Shown: positions 41,190 through 51,376, counted from the first letter of the stretch. The stretch is DNA of 64,000 nucleotides from Thermoplasmatota archaeon (GCA_040751795.1 JBFMHR010000004.1:96001-160000), one strand, 5' to 3'. A program made the numbers and translations. The notes: a model not told the origin generated them from the letters alone.

Positions 41190-42071
41190 ATGGCTGGTTC
41201 CAAGTGTCCGAAGTGCGGCGAGAAGCCCCACTACGTCGAACACATCTCCAAGTGGTACTGCTACGACTGCAACACCTACATGGAGGCCGAGGTGAGCGAG
41301 GTCGAGCCGGTGGCCGAGGCCGCGTCCGCCGGGCCGAAGGTCGCCCCCCACGGCGACTTCATGGACTACTCTGACGATCACGAGGCCGAGGCCGCGCCAG
41401 CGGCCGCCGAGGAGGCCGCGGAGCCGGTCAAGCCGGCCCCCGCGGTGCCCGTGGCGGCGCCGGAGCCGAGGCCCGCGCCGGCGGCGAAGGCCGAGCCCGG
41501 GGTGCGGATGTGCCCCACGTGCGGCCAGGCCATGAAGTGGATCGAGAAGTACCAGAGGCACTACTGCTACGGCTGCAAGAAGTATGCGCCGAAGGAGGAC
41601 AAGCCCAAGGAGGAGCCGAAGGCGGCTCCAGCGGCTGAGATGAAGACGTGCCCCGAGTGCCACGGCGCGCTCAAGTACGTGGACAAGTACAGCGAGTGGT
41701 ACTGCTACAAATGCAAGAAGTACCCGCTGAGGAAGAAGAAGCAGGAGGCGGCGAAGCCGGCCGAGGTCAGGCCGGCGGAGCCGAAGCCTGTCGAGCCCAA
41801 GCCGGCGGAGGCCAAGCCGGCCGTGTCCACGCCCGCGCCCCCGGCCGAGAAGGCCGAGAAGGCGTGCCCGAAGTGCGGGAAGCCGCTGAAGTGGATCGAG
41901 AAGTACGAGAGACACTACTGCCACGAGTGCAAGGCATACGCCCCGAAGGAGGCGAAGGTGTGCCCGGCGTGCAACGAGCCCATGAAGTTCGTGCCGCAGT
42001 ACAACGAGTGGTACTGCTACAAGTGCAAGAAGTACTCGCTGAGGCCGAGCAAGCCGATCCTCCTTCTCTAA
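41190..42071 (+). CDS. Protein with five CPxC..YCxxC zinc-ribbon repeats and A/E/K/P-rich linkers
   Basis: Five repeats are directly visible in the translation; host-like codon usage. Confidence 0.85.
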   Translation: MAGSKCPKCGEKPHYVEHISKWYCYDCNTYMEAEVSEVEPVAEAASAGPKVAPHGDFMDYSDDHEAEAAPAAAEEAAEPVKPAPAVPVAAPEPRPAPAAKAEPGVRMCPTCGQAMKWIEKYQRHYCYGCKKYAPKEDKPKEEPKAAPAAEMKTCPECHGALKYVDKYSEWYCYKCKKYPLRKKKQEAAKPAEVRPAEPKPVEPKPAEAKPAVSTPAPPAEKAEKACPKCGKPLKWIEKYERHYCHECKAYAPKEAKVCPACNEPMKFVPQYNEWYCYKCKKYSLRPSKPILLL

Positions 42072-42201
42072 ACCCTTCCCAAACCCCGTCCCACCCCTTT
42101 CTCGACCCAAACCATATCCCCAGGGGGTTCCCTGGAGGAGCTTTATTATCCGACCGACGATTCACGGTCAGCGTCTTGGACGACCTGCGGGGGTTCATGG
42201 A

Positions 42202-42702
42202 GTGGCCGAGAAGAGGGTCGGGCTCATACCTAGAGTGCTACAGCCAGGCGGGTCGAGCGCCTATTCGGTGCTCGTGACCAGCGAAAGGATCCTGTTGATA
42301 CCCGACAAGCCCCCCGAGCCGCGTCCGATGGAGGCGCTCCGGATGATGTTCTCCGAGAGGGGGGAGGCGCCGGCGCTCAGTCCCGTCGACTATCGGACCG
42401 ATGATCTGGACGAGATAGCGGCCAGGGATGGCAGCGTGGCGATACCCCTCATTGCCGTGAAGAGGGCGATGGTCGAGAACGTGCTCGGTACCTACATGAT
42501 GACCATCGAGCAGGCGCACGAAGGCGGCAAGAGCCTGTCCAACATCATAGTCCTAGCCCCTCCTTCCGAGCTAGTGAAGGAGAACAAGGGGGCGGGCCTC
42601 TCGGCGCGGGAGACCAAGCTCAGGTACGCCCGCAAGTGCCAGGAGCTGGTGCGGCGCGTCCTGACACCTACAATCATCTCAGAGGGGAAGTGGTTGGATT
42701 GA
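42202..42702 (+). CDS. Hypothetical protein
   Basis: 166-aa ORF overlapping the next start; PH-like VLVTSERILL segment. Confidence 0.55.
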   Translation: MAEKRVGLIPRVLQPGGSSAYSVLVTSERILLIPDKPPEPRPMEALRMMFSERGEAPALSPVDYRTDDLDEIAARDGSVAIPLIAVKRAMVENVLGTYMMTIEQAHEGGKSLSNIIVLAPPSELVKENKGAGLSARETKLRYARKCQELVRRVLTPTIISEGKWLD

Positions 42703-43259
42703 GGCTCGCCGGCGTCCTCTTCATCGCGGGCCTGATATTGTCCGCCGTCGGGGCCGCCCTCCTATTCACGATAGAGAACATCGAGCTAGTCGGGGACGAG
42801 GTCCTCGTCGTGCCGGAGGGCCAGGGCGGGTACGCGTACCTCGAGGTCGACATGGGCACCGGCGGCCCCATAGAGGGGACGTACGAGAGTCTCAACGGTA
42901 CCCCGGTCCAGGTCAGCGTCATGGACCAGGGTCAATTCGAGGACTTCCTGGACGGGCTCGATGGCGGGTCGCGGACCACAGTCATTGGCCTCTCAGGCGA
43001 CTTCAACGTCGAGCAGGTGGACATGGAGACATGCCACATCTTGGTGCAGCATGCCGCTGGGATGGAGGCCGGACAGTGGGTGAGGGTCGAATACACTGTC
43101 ACGAACACGGACTACCCCATGACGTTCGCATCCACCGCCGTCTTCATGGCAGGCGGTGTGATGGTCGCCTTCGCGTTCCACCCCAGGCTCAGAGGAAGGG
43201 CCAAGACACAGCGGCCTGCCGCCACCGGCCCCATCGACGTGATGTTCTTCGACGAGTAG
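42699..43259 (+). CDS. Hypothetical membrane protein (N- and C-terminal TM helices)
   Basis: TTG start overlapping the upstream stop; two hydrophobic segments flank a beta-rich domain. Confidence 0.6.
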   Translation: MRLAGVLFIAGLILSAVGAALLFTIENIELVGDEVLVVPEGQGGYAYLEVDMGTGGPIEGTYESLNGTPVQVSVMDQGQFEDFLDGLDGGSRTTVIGLSGDFNVEQVDMETCHILVQHAAGMEAGQWVRVEYTVTNTDYPMTFASTAVFMAGGVMVAFAFHPRLRGRAKTQRPAATGPIDVMFFDE

Positions 43260-43279
43260 GTTCCAGTCGCAGCGGGAGG

Positions 43280-43352
43280 AGCCACCGGGGAGGTTCGAAC
43301 TCCCGACCTGCTGATTACAAATCAGCTGCTCTTCCGGCTGAGCTACGGTGGC
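43280..43352 (-). tRNA. tRNA-Thr(TGT)
   Basis: Acceptor stem GCCACCG/CGGTGGC, anticodon arm GCTGA-TTTGTAA-TCAGC, T loop TTCGAAC. Confidence 0.95.
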
Positions 43353-43519
43353 GTGGGTGCGGCCTGCTGAGTAATCAGGCAGCCCACATATAGCTTTTCA
43401 CGGGGCTGCGTTGCCAGCGGGCCGCCTAGCCAGATGGTTACCGCCGGTCCCCGCAGGGCATAACCTTTAAATGGTGGCGCTGTATCCGCAGACATCGCGC
43501 TTGAAGCGGTGATGAGCCA

Positions 43520-44377
43520 ATGACCGAGAAGGAAGGTGCCAAGAAGCACCACGCCAAGGACGAGGAGAAGAAGGAGGCCGGGGCCAAGGTCGAGGCCGGC
43601 GACATAGTGATGGTGGAGTACGAGGCCTGGGTGGAGGACACCAAGGAGCTCTTCGACACCACGAGCGAGTCCGTCGCCAAGGACAACGGCATATTCAACG
43701 AGAAGATGGTCTACGGGCCGCAGCCGCTGATCGTGGGCAAGGGGAGGCTCTTCCCTGGCCTGGACGAGCACATGGCGAAGGCCGAGGTCGGGAAGGACTA
43801 CGAGGTCCTCATACCCCCGGAGAAGGGCGCCGGCGCCAGGGACCCGAAGCTGGTCGAGCTGCACCCGGTGAGGGAGTTCCTGAGGCAGGAGATCGAGCCC
43901 AGGGTCGGGCTCGAGGTCACGGTCAAGAACAGGCCGGGCTACATCACGGCCGTCACGGCGGGCCGCGTCAGGGTCGACTTCAACAACAAGCTCGCCGGCC
44001 GCACGCTGAGGTACAAGTACAAGGTCGTGGAGAAGCCGACGAAGCAGAAGGAGGTCGCGGAGCTCATACTCAAGATGGCCTACGGCACATCGGAGGGCTT
44101 CGACGTCGAGCACCACGGCAAGGAGTACAAGGTCAAGCTCCCCGACTCGTGCAAGTACGACCAGAGGTGGATCCTCGCCAAGTACGGCGTGGTCAGGGAC
44201 CTCAGGGAGGTCCTCGGGGCGGAGACCGTCTCCTTCATCGAGGAGTACGCCAAGCCCGAGAAGAAGGAGGAGCCCAAGGAGGAGCCGAAGGCGGAGAAGC
44301 CCGCCGAGGCCGCCCCCGAGGGGAAGGCCGAGGAGAAGGCCCCCGAGGAGCTGTCGGAAGAGGACAGGAAGGAGTGA
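43520..44377 (+). CDS. FKBP-type peptidyl-prolyl isomerase (archaeal long type)
   Basis: FDTT, G.G.L.PGLD, IPPEKG.G and VDFN..LAG motifs. Confidence 0.92.
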   Translation: MTEKEGAKKHHAKDEEKKEAGAKVEAGDIVMVEYEAWVEDTKELFDTTSESVAKDNGIFNEKMVYGPQPLIVGKGRLFPGLDEHMAKAEVGKDYEVLIPPEKGAGARDPKLVELHPVREFLRQEIEPRVGLEVTVKNRPGYITAVTAGRVRVDFNNKLAGRTLRYKYKVVEKPTKQKEVAELILKMAYGTSEGFDVEHHGKEYKVKLPDSCKYDQRWILAKYGVVRDLREVLGAETVSFIEEYAKPEKKEEPKEEPKAEKPAEAAPEGKAEEKAPEELSEEDRKE

Positions 44378-44436
44378 GCCCACTCCGGCACATATATATC
44401 CGCAGGCGCCCAGTGACGGGCGGCCTGCCCACACGC

Positions 44437-44511
44437 GGGCGCGTGGCCTAGTCAGGATATGGCACTTGCCTCCTAAGCAAGCGGTCAAGGGTTCGAATCC
44501 CTTCGCGCCCG
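44437..44511 (+). tRNA. tRNA-Arg(CCT), integration target
   Basis: Acceptor stem GGGCGCG/CGCGCCC, anticodon arm CTTGC-CTCCTAA-GCAAG, T arm AAGGG-TTCGAAT-CCCTT. Confidence 0.95.
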
Positions 44512-44514
44512 CTC

Positions 44515-45519
44515 TCACGCATAACCAGTATAATCGGCTCTCGGTTCAATCAGGGGGGAATTGAGCCTCGGAGCTGGTGCCGGCTTCTCGAAGGCTCGGA
44601 CGATTTCGAGCCTCGCGGAGTCGGCGTCTTTTCGGCAATAGTATCTCTCGGTGGTAAGGGTCGAGGAATGCCCAAGAGCGAGTGAGACACTCTCAAGCGA
44701 GACGCCCCGGTTCAGCAGGTTCTGTCCATAGGTCCTGCGGAGAGTCCTCAGCTCGAAGCGCACGCCTGACCGCTCTTCGACTTTCCTCTTCACCCTTCTC
44801 AAGTGGTTTGAGCTGTAGAACCCCGTAGGGTTCTCCAGCGGACAAACAAGCGGCTTTGCCTCAAGCAGCCCTCGCTCTGCAAGCATCTGTTCCCTTGCCT
44901 TGAGGTACCTTGCCACAGCGGACCTGAGAGGTTGGGGGATTGCCACGATTCGGTGGTCTCCGTATCTCGATTCTCCCTTGGGGTGCCGCACCTTCAGAGT
45001 CCACTGGACCGTATCCAGGTCCGAGAACTCCGCCTTCCTAAGCTCGCCAGGCCTGAGGCCCGTGTATGCATGGGTGGCTATCAGGAACCGTGCAATCTCC
45101 CCGGTCCAGCCACCTAGATTCGCTGCTGCCTTGAGAGCACTCTCAAGCTCTTCGACTGCAAGGCTCGGGCCTCTTGTTGAGACCCTCTTGGGGAAAAGGT
45201 GAGGCTTGCATGATTTCATCCTGTCCAGAACACCGTTCCCTGAGAACCTAAGCAGGGCCTGCAGGTTCTCGACCTCCTTGGATTGTGTTCCAAGAGACCA
45301 TTGACGTCTCCTGATGTCCAGCAGGATAGCCGAAACCTCTCGTTCTCCCCAGTTGCATGGATTGCGTTCCAGCAGAGGGTCCCCTCGGCAGAGCTTCTCA
45401 TATCGGCTAGCGAATGCTCTAAGCTTGCGTCCTCGCTCTGTAAGAGTCGCCTCAGCCAGGTACTGCTTGTTTGCGTCCATGTACTTCTCTATGGCCGTTC
45501 TCAGAGGGTATCGTCCCAT
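44515..45519 (-). CDS. Tyrosine integrase/recombinase
   Basis: TGLRPGEL (R), HPKG (K), RTLRR (RxxR in place of HxxR), LGHS (H) and ERYY (Y); stop lies 3 bp from the tRNA end. Confidence 0.93.
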   Translation of the reverse strand: MGRYPLRTAIEKYMDANKQYLAEATLTERGRKLRAFASRYEKLCRGDPLLERNPCNWGEREVSAILLDIRRRQWSLGTQSKEVENLQALLRFSGNGVLDRMKSCKPHLFPKRVSTRGPSLAVEELESALKAAANLGGWTGEIARFLIATHAYTGLRPGELRKAEFSDLDTVQWTLKVRHPKGESRYGDHRIVAIPQPLRSAVARYLKAREQMLAERGLLEAKPLVCPLENPTGFYSSNHLRRVKRKVEERSGVRFELRTLRRTYGQNLLNRGVSLESVSLALGHSSTLTTERYYCRKDADSARLEIVRAFEKPAPAPRLNSPLIEPRADYTGYA

Positions 45520-45651
45520 TGACCGACACCCCCTCTTGCGTCCACGCCTCTTTTTATCCACCGAGAGAGTACCATTGCGACATTGCCGAGTCGCATTGTC
45601 TCCCTCGGAAGGGACATTGACGGGACGGGACGTTAAGTTATCGGACATTTC

Positions 45652-46305
45652 CTAAGCCTTCGGTTCACCGACCAATTCACTAGGGGCCTCGACCCCCTCC
45701 TTATTCAATCGCGCCCTAGCCGTTACATACGAAACGCCAAACCTCTTCGCAATCTTCCTGTATCCAAGCCCCTGGGACCTTAGTTCACGCGCTAGAGCCA
45801 TATCGATGGCCTTCCTGGGCCTCCCCAATGACCTCCCCTCTGACTTCACCCTCTCAAGGCCTGCTTTGGTCCTTTCAACGATAAGGGCCCTCTCGAACTC
45901 CGCTATCTCGCCTAGAATGCCAACCAGAAGCCTACCCGTCGGAGTATTGGTCGAGAATGGCTGGTCCGAGCACTCGAACTTGATGCCCCGTTCCTCGAGC
46001 TCCCCGATAATCTGCTTGAGATTCAGGGATGAACGGGCAATCCTGTCGATCTTGGTGGTGAGGACCAGCCCGAACCTTCGAGCCCTAGCGTCATTCATCA
46101 TTCGTTTCAGGTTAGGACGATTAGGGTCTGCGCCCGAAGCCACGTCTTGATAGGTACTGTAAACGTCCCACCCCCTGGCGTGGGCGTACTCCCTTAACCG
46201 GATGAGCTGGTTCTCATTGGTCTGCCCGTCGGCCGTCGACACCCTTGCATAGAGAGCGACTTTCAGTCTCCTGTCATCCTTTGCCGTATTTCCTGATTCA
46301 TCCAT
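45652..46305 (-). CDS. Small serine recombinase (resolvase/invertase) with C-terminal HTH
   Basis: YARVST, DRIARS, AEFER..I.ERT..G, GRP and HTH. Confidence 0.93.
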   Translation of the reverse strand: MDESGNTAKDDRRLKVALYARVSTADGQTNENQLIRLREYAHARGWDVYSTYQDVASGADPNRPNLKRMMNDARARRFGLVLTTKIDRIARSSLNLKQIIGELEERGIKFECSDQPFSTNTPTGRLLVGILGEIAEFERALIVERTKAGLERVKSEGRSLGRPRKAIDMALARELRSQGLGYRKIAKRFGVSYVTARARLNKEGVEAPSELVGEPKA

Positions 46306-47239
46306 ACGAAATGTCTCCCCCGTCCTTCCTGTGCTCATAGGGATATTCCCCGTCAATTTGCCCTCCGAGAAGGCGTAGCAGGAGCTCCATCGTCCTGGCC
46401 TCGCTCTCTGCCAGCTTCTCGATAATCTCCTTGACATCGTCAACCGCTTTGCTGAGCTTATCAAGAACATCGAGAATCCTGACGTTGAAGTCGGCCTGAT
46501 TCACTAGACCTTTGATTCCATCTCTGATATTGTGGTCAGATTTTTGACACCTTATGTCCATCTCAGCAGGATAATGGGACGAACCGAACTGTGTTGGTCT
46601 ACCCCCGATTGTGAGCCTTTCCCCTTTGATGTCGACCGGCAAACAGAAGTCTGTCCTGGCCCTCCCCTCGCTCATCAACTTCAGTAGATACTCTAGGAAC
46701 TCCTTCCCGAAATGACGTTCAACCGCTGCCCTCCAGTATGGTCGATAGAAGAACTGCCCTCGCCTAGACCTGCCGTTGACAGTTAGCGTGAAGGACTGGG
46801 TCCTCAGGGTATACTGGTCATTCCCCCTCTCGCCCTTCGCTATCAGAGTATCCATCCATTCGGCGGTGAGGTCGACTAGCAGGTAGGTCCTGTGCTCGTC
46901 GTAATCAGTGAATTCATTACCGGGAAGGGAGGGGGTTACCATTATCCAGGGTTTGTCAGAACTCCCCTCGATGTAACTGATTGCCCATTCCCTGTTCTTG
47001 ATTCTATATAGTCTGTGCCCCTTCGAGTTTAGTCCCGGACTCGTCGCGATGCCCAATTTGACAAATCGTCTCAGGGCCTTCTCGATTGATGCCTTCTTAG
47101 TACCCCTCTTCTTGAACTCTGGACATTTGATGATGTCGTCGGCTGTGAACCCCCGAGATGATGAATACTGATTGCACAACGTTAGTAAGCGTTGGAGAAC
47201 GATAACCTGAGCCGACCGAAGCCTTCTCAGATGACACAC
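46298..47239 (-). CDS. Hypothetical protein with N-terminal wHTH-like region (candidate replication/regulatory protein)
   Basis: FTADDII...SIEKALRRFVKLG......RLYRI pattern; lies between the RHH and resolvase genes. Confidence 0.6.
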   Translation of the reverse strand: MCHLRRLRSAQVIVLQRLLTLCNQYSSSRGFTADDIIKCPEFKKRGTKKASIEKALRRFVKLGIATSPGLNSKGHRLYRIKNREWAISYIEGSSDKPWIMVTPSLPGNEFTDYDEHRTYLLVDLTAEWMDTLIAKGERGNDQYTLRTQSFTLTVNGRSRRGQFFYRPYWRAAVERHFGKEFLEYLLKLMSEGRARTDFCLPVDIKGERLTIGGRPTQFGSSHYPAEMDIRCQKSDHNIRDGIKGLVNQADFNVRILDVLDKLSKAVDDVKEIIEKLAESEARTMELLLRLLGGQIDGEYPYEHRKDGGDISYG

Positions 47240-47358
47240 CCTCTAGGGCGAGAGACATAGGGACTGTCCGTCGGTCCTGCACACTGGCTCAGTCAATGAG
47301 TGGGGGATGAGGGTAGGGAGTAACGTCCTCGCTCTCACCTTCATGACATTTGGGTCGA

Positions 47359-47565
47359 TCATTGACCGCCCCCCGACGCTTGGTCCTTGCGGTATAGCTC
47401 GTAGACCGCTTCTCGCACAACACTCGCTTTTGATGACCCTAGCGCCCTGCTCCTCTTGGTTACCCAGTCGGCCAGGTTCGGTGGCAACGTGAAGATAAAT
47501 CGTTCGCCGGGTCCATCATCAACCGCGCTCACATTGGGGTTTGCTCTTGTTTTTCTCTTGAACAT
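47359..47565 (-). CDS. Ribbon-helix-helix (CopG-like) protein
   Basis: RFIFTLP..LADWV...S...GSSKASVVREAV; GGAGAAG RBS. Confidence 0.75.
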   Translation of the reverse strand: MFKRKTRANPNVSAVDDGPGERFIFTLPPNLADWVTKRSRALGSSKASVVREAVYELYRKDQASGGGQ

Positions 47566-48055
47566 TGTTGTTCTTCTCCTTTGTTGTTGTTCTTCTCCGG
47601 GGTTCCATGTCCATCCTCCTCAGGACCCCGACCCTCGGGGTCCCGTCTTCCTGCTTCTCTCCGCTTGTTAGATGCGTGCTTTTGATATATAAGTGTTCCA
47701 GTATAATATAGGCCATATACTAAACGCCATCATCATATATCCGAAGTGCCATCACCCCCAACAGCCATAACTGACGAGCTTGAGTTGTACGCTGTTCTGG
47801 TGGGCTACCTGGTCTCGAAAACGGTCATTGAATCCGGCGTCGGGCGAGGGCGATAATTGACCTAATTCGACTATCTGGACGTTTCCCGGACCGTCGCGGA
47901 GATTGTCTCAAGTCGCATTTCTCGCGGGTCTAAATATATAGTATTAGTATGGGTAACGGTCCTTTTCTGAAAATGGATGCGAAGCGCGGCTCGAGAGGCA
48001 AAGAGACTAATCGGAGAATGGCCATCCGACTCTAGAGTGGGGTGGTTCAACGGCG

Positions 48056-48367
48056 GTGGAAGAAGACTTCGCGCTCTGTTGCACTGGGCTCATAATTATC
48101 GTGATTATCGCCGTGGTCTTGTGGGTCCTTGCGAAGGGCGCGGGAATCCTAGGGTCTCTCGGGCAGTGGAGGACAGGGTCCGCCCTTAAGCACATGTCTC
48201 GAGACGGTGTCACGATCCGGCAAGAGCCGCAATATCAACAGCCTCAGCAGGTGCACGGCTACCCGCCGCCCCAGGTGCAGGGTGCTGCCCGATTCTGCCC
48301 TTTCTGCGGGGCGCCAAGAATCGGTGGCGCAGCCTTCTGCCAGGGGTGCGGGAAGAGGATGCCATGA
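48056..48367 (+). CDS. Membrane protein with C-terminal double zinc ribbon
   Basis: TM helix, Q/P linker and FCPFCG......AFCQGCG. Confidence 0.75.
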   Translation: MEEDFALCCTGLIIIVIIAVVLWVLAKGAGILGSLGQWRTGSALKHMSRDGVTIRQEPQYQQPQQVHGYPPPQVQGAARFCPFCGAPRIGGAAFCQGCGKRMP

Positions 48368-48721
48368 CAATCGATACGGGGGGCTCAAGCTGGGCCTCCT
48401 GATAGGCTTCTCGCTCCTTGCTGGATGGGCGATAGCCTTGACCATATTCGGATGACCGTGCTCGAGCCAATGGCTTCGTCGTCGCGAAGGGTTCCCCTTC
48501 TTAGTATGTAATAGAATAACGGGACTGAACACCGAACACCGGACTTGATTGCGTGCATTGTGCGCTGTGCGCCTACATCAGAATAGTAGGAATAGTAGTA
48601 CTATGAGATTGACCAGGCGCATATCGCGCTTGAGAATTCTCGGTTTTGGGTGGCACCAAGACATATGTTATTTAATAGCGAAGTCTACCATCTATTCACC
48701 GCTGGTCTGGAGGAGACGCGA

Positions 48722-49906
48722 TTGAACGTGAATACCCACGACCCATTGAAGAAGACCCTCGGCTTGCTTGGCCCGTCATTCACTTGTGCCGTAATCACGG
48801 GACTATTCGTCTACGTAATGGTGACGCCAGACCTAATGGCGCTGATTATCTCAATCCTCGCAGGGTGGGTGTTCACGATGGTGATAATACTGTCCTGGTT
48901 TTTGGGTATCAGGGCAAAGACTAGCGGCCTGAAAAATGTCGCATACGGCCTGTTTGGCATACCAATGATAAAGCTCCCTGAGGACAGGATGGGGGAATCT
49001 GACAGAATCTATCGTGCGGGCCTGGAGACCCTGGAGGCGGATCGGGAGATTAAGGAAATCGATTTGCATCATCTACAATCCAGACTCGAAATACTCAACG
49101 CGGTAATCAAAGCCGGGCCGTATGCAATCATGTCATCGTTTGTTGCCGCAGGTTGGGCAGTCCTATCGGGTGAATCGACCGCACTGAATTCACTGCTTCT
49201 GCTCGCGGCATTCATTGTCATGCTGGTTGTGGGATGCAATCGGAAAGCCAAAGAGGCAGAAACAACACTTGGCACCCTGAAGCTCAACAAGAACAAGACA
49301 GAGGAACGATACAGAGTCAGAGAGGAGGAAGTCAAGGCAGACGCCCAGAAGGCGAAGGACGCGGCATCGGACGTCTTTGACCATTACTTCAGAGTCACGT
49401 TCAGCAGAGAGTTCTTCGACCAGCAAAGGAAGACGGCGCACAGCATGCTACCAGAGTCGACAAGTCTTAGGTCTACCAACTTGGCGTTTCGTCACAAAGA
49501 GTGCTTTAGACTAGCTACTGAGCTGAAGAAAAAGACAATCGAGTTCATTGACTGCGCCGAGGCCTGGAGGAGCCTGGTCGGCAGTATGGTCAAGTCAATC
49601 CAACCCGGGGCTCCCCACTTGGACCCCGGAGACCAGGAACGTAGGGTAGACGAGTTTTCTAGGTCTCTCATCTTCTGCATTTCCGAAAACATCGTCAAGC
49701 CGACCCAGATAGGACCCGTGTTGGACCGGAAGAAAATCGACGGTTCGTTCATCAAAGGTATTACTACCGTTCTTGAGCCACCTATCAGGTCGCTTCTTGA
49801 AGACCCTGGCCTGAAAGCGAAAGCGAGAGAGTTAGAAGGCTTAATGACCACAGGGGCAGAGCTAAAACGGAGCCTCTTGAGAGAGGTGTCAGTGCTTTAC
49901 GGATGA
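48722..49906 (+). CDS. Hypothetical multi-TM protein with coiled-coil C-terminus
   Basis: Long ORF in a low-GC region; about 4 hydrophobic helices; GGAGGAG before TTG 48722. Confidence 0.65.
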   Translation: MNVNTHDPLKKTLGLLGPSFTCAVITGLFVYVMVTPDLMALIISILAGWVFTMVIILSWFLGIRAKTSGLKNVAYGLFGIPMIKLPEDRMGESDRIYRAGLETLEADREIKEIDLHHLQSRLEILNAVIKAGPYAIMSSFVAAGWAVLSGESTALNSLLLLAAFIVMLVVGCNRKAKEAETTLGTLKLNKNKTEERYRVREEEVKADAQKAKDAASDVFDHYFRVTFSREFFDQQRKTAHSMLPESTSLRSTNLAFRHKECFRLATELKKKTIEFIDCAEAWRSLVGSMVKSIQPGAPHLDPGDQERRVDEFSRSLIFCISENIVKPTQIGPVLDRKKIDGSFIKGITTVLEPPIRSLLEDPGLKAKARELEGLMTTGAELKRSLLREVSVLYG

Positions 49907-50076
49907 GCGTTGTGGTGGCAACTCAGGATCGCAAGTATTCCCGAGAAGCGCCTATAAGCCGCCGACAACGCTCAGATTGAGAAAAGTAAAGGGTTTAGGG
50001 GGTACTTTCGGGCCCCTCCAAGAACGCGATAAAACAGCAATTATGTACCTTTCAAGGTCGAGCCAGTCATTTTAGC

Positions 50077-50096
50077 GGGTTCAAATCCGGTTGAGC
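50077..50096 (+). repeat. Degenerate tRNA-Arg T-arm fragment
   Basis: GGGTTCAAATCCGGTTGAGC is 19/20 identical to 52063-52082. Confidence 0.65.
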
Positions 50097-50176
50097 CTAC
50101 TGACAGAGTGAAGACCATAGGAGAGAAGAGAAGCCCTTAAGCCACCGACAGCGATTCGGATGCGGAGGGAATCGGC

Positions 50177-50551
50177 GTGAATTGTACTCAATGTGGGTCG
50201 GAGAATCCGTCGAACGCGAGATTCTGCATTGCCTGCGGTTCGTCCTTGGCGAGAACGGCGTTTGGGATGCAGGCAGTTGCGGGACTGAGTGAAACACAAC
50301 GAATCGAAATCGTATCTGACAACGTAACCAGCAAGACCGAGAAACTTGCCTGTAGGGTACTGGGAGGCACCGCATGGATAGTCGTTTCTGCTGGGACATT
50401 CATAATCGCCATTGCATGGCTCAGTCTCATGGACATGAACTACTATGACGACGAACAGTTGATGCTCAAGATGATTGGCTACGGAGTGGTTGCATACGGA
50501 ATCTCAGCCATCCTCTTTGGGTTCAGAGCCTTCATCAGGACTCCGAGATGA
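50177..50551 (+). CDS. Zinc-ribbon + 2TM protein
   Basis: CTQCG..N...ARFCIACG followed by two TM helices. Confidence 0.8.
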   Translation: MNCTQCGSENPSNARFCIACGSSLARTAFGMQAVAGLSETQRIEIVSDNVTSKTEKLACRVLGGTAWIVVSAGTFIIAIAWLSLMDMNYYDDEQLMLKMIGYGVVAYGISAILFGFRAFIRTPR

Positions 50552-50735
50552 CATACAGGCGCATCGAAAGCGTCTAGGACGCGTTTCCTTCGATGGCCGT
50601 AACGCAACCCGTCGTCAGAGGTATCTTACCCCTGCCGAGACGTGTTAGAGGCGAATCCTCGGCTATTCCTGAATAGACCTGCATCTGAAGGCGCGAAAAG
50701 ACCATATGACGGCATGAGTATTCGCGGGGGAGGAC

Positions 50736-51287
50736 ATGGCGATCACCTGCTCCAACTGCGGCGCGAAAGGTCTGCTCGAGGGCGACCGATTCTGTAAATG
50801 GTGCGGCAACGTACTCCACATACTAGGGCCGGACCCGGAGGAAACAGCCACTCGGTGGCACATAGAGACCAATAGAACGACACACACGCGATTGAACTTC
50901 TGGTTGATAACCGAGGGCCTCTTGCTCACTGCATATGCAGCCGCGTCAATCGAACCGTCAGGCGATGCTACCGCTTATGTTCGCATCGTGATGTCTGCAA
51001 CGGGAGTGTTCTTCACGGTGGCTTGGTACCTTCTTTATGTTCGCTCGTGGCGGTACACTACCTGGTATTTCGAAAGGGCAAGGGCCATGAGTTGGTGGAG
51101 ATATGGGGGTTGGAAACATGGCACACCTGGTAATCCGCGCGACATACCTCCTTGGTCCGTGTATCCTCCCGAGGAACAGTGGTCTGTCTGGTCAGGAGGC
51201 GGTCTTGGCGCGGGCATAGGCGCAGGTTTGTTTCTAATTGCCTTCTTGTCAATATGGATTACTTTGATGGCGGTGTCGTTCTCCTGA
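50736..51287 (+). CDS. Zinc-ribbon + 3TM protein
   Basis: CSNCG......RFCKWCG, then RLNFWLITEGLL and TM helices; GGAGG RBS. Confidence 0.8.
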   Translation: MAITCSNCGAKGLLEGDRFCKWCGNVLHILGPDPEETATRWHIETNRTTHTRLNFWLITEGLLLTAYAAASIEPSGDATAYVRIVMSATGVFFTVAWYLLYVRSWRYTTWYFERARAMSWWRYGGWKHGTPGNPRDIPPWSVYPPEEQWSVWSGGGLGAGIGAGLFLIAFLSIWITLMAVSFS

Positions 51288-51376
51288 GTCAGAGAGAGCG
51301 GAGGGAAGAGCGGAGAGATTCAACCTCGTCGCCAATCGTCCTGAACCTTGGCTATTCGCGTGCAGAAAAGGGAAAG

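Noticed and set aside
48365-48455. Short hydrophobic reading frame (..LKLGLLIGFSLLAGWAIALTIFG) after the first zinc-ribbon gene
   Set aside because: No credible independent start. Possibly a truncated remnant.
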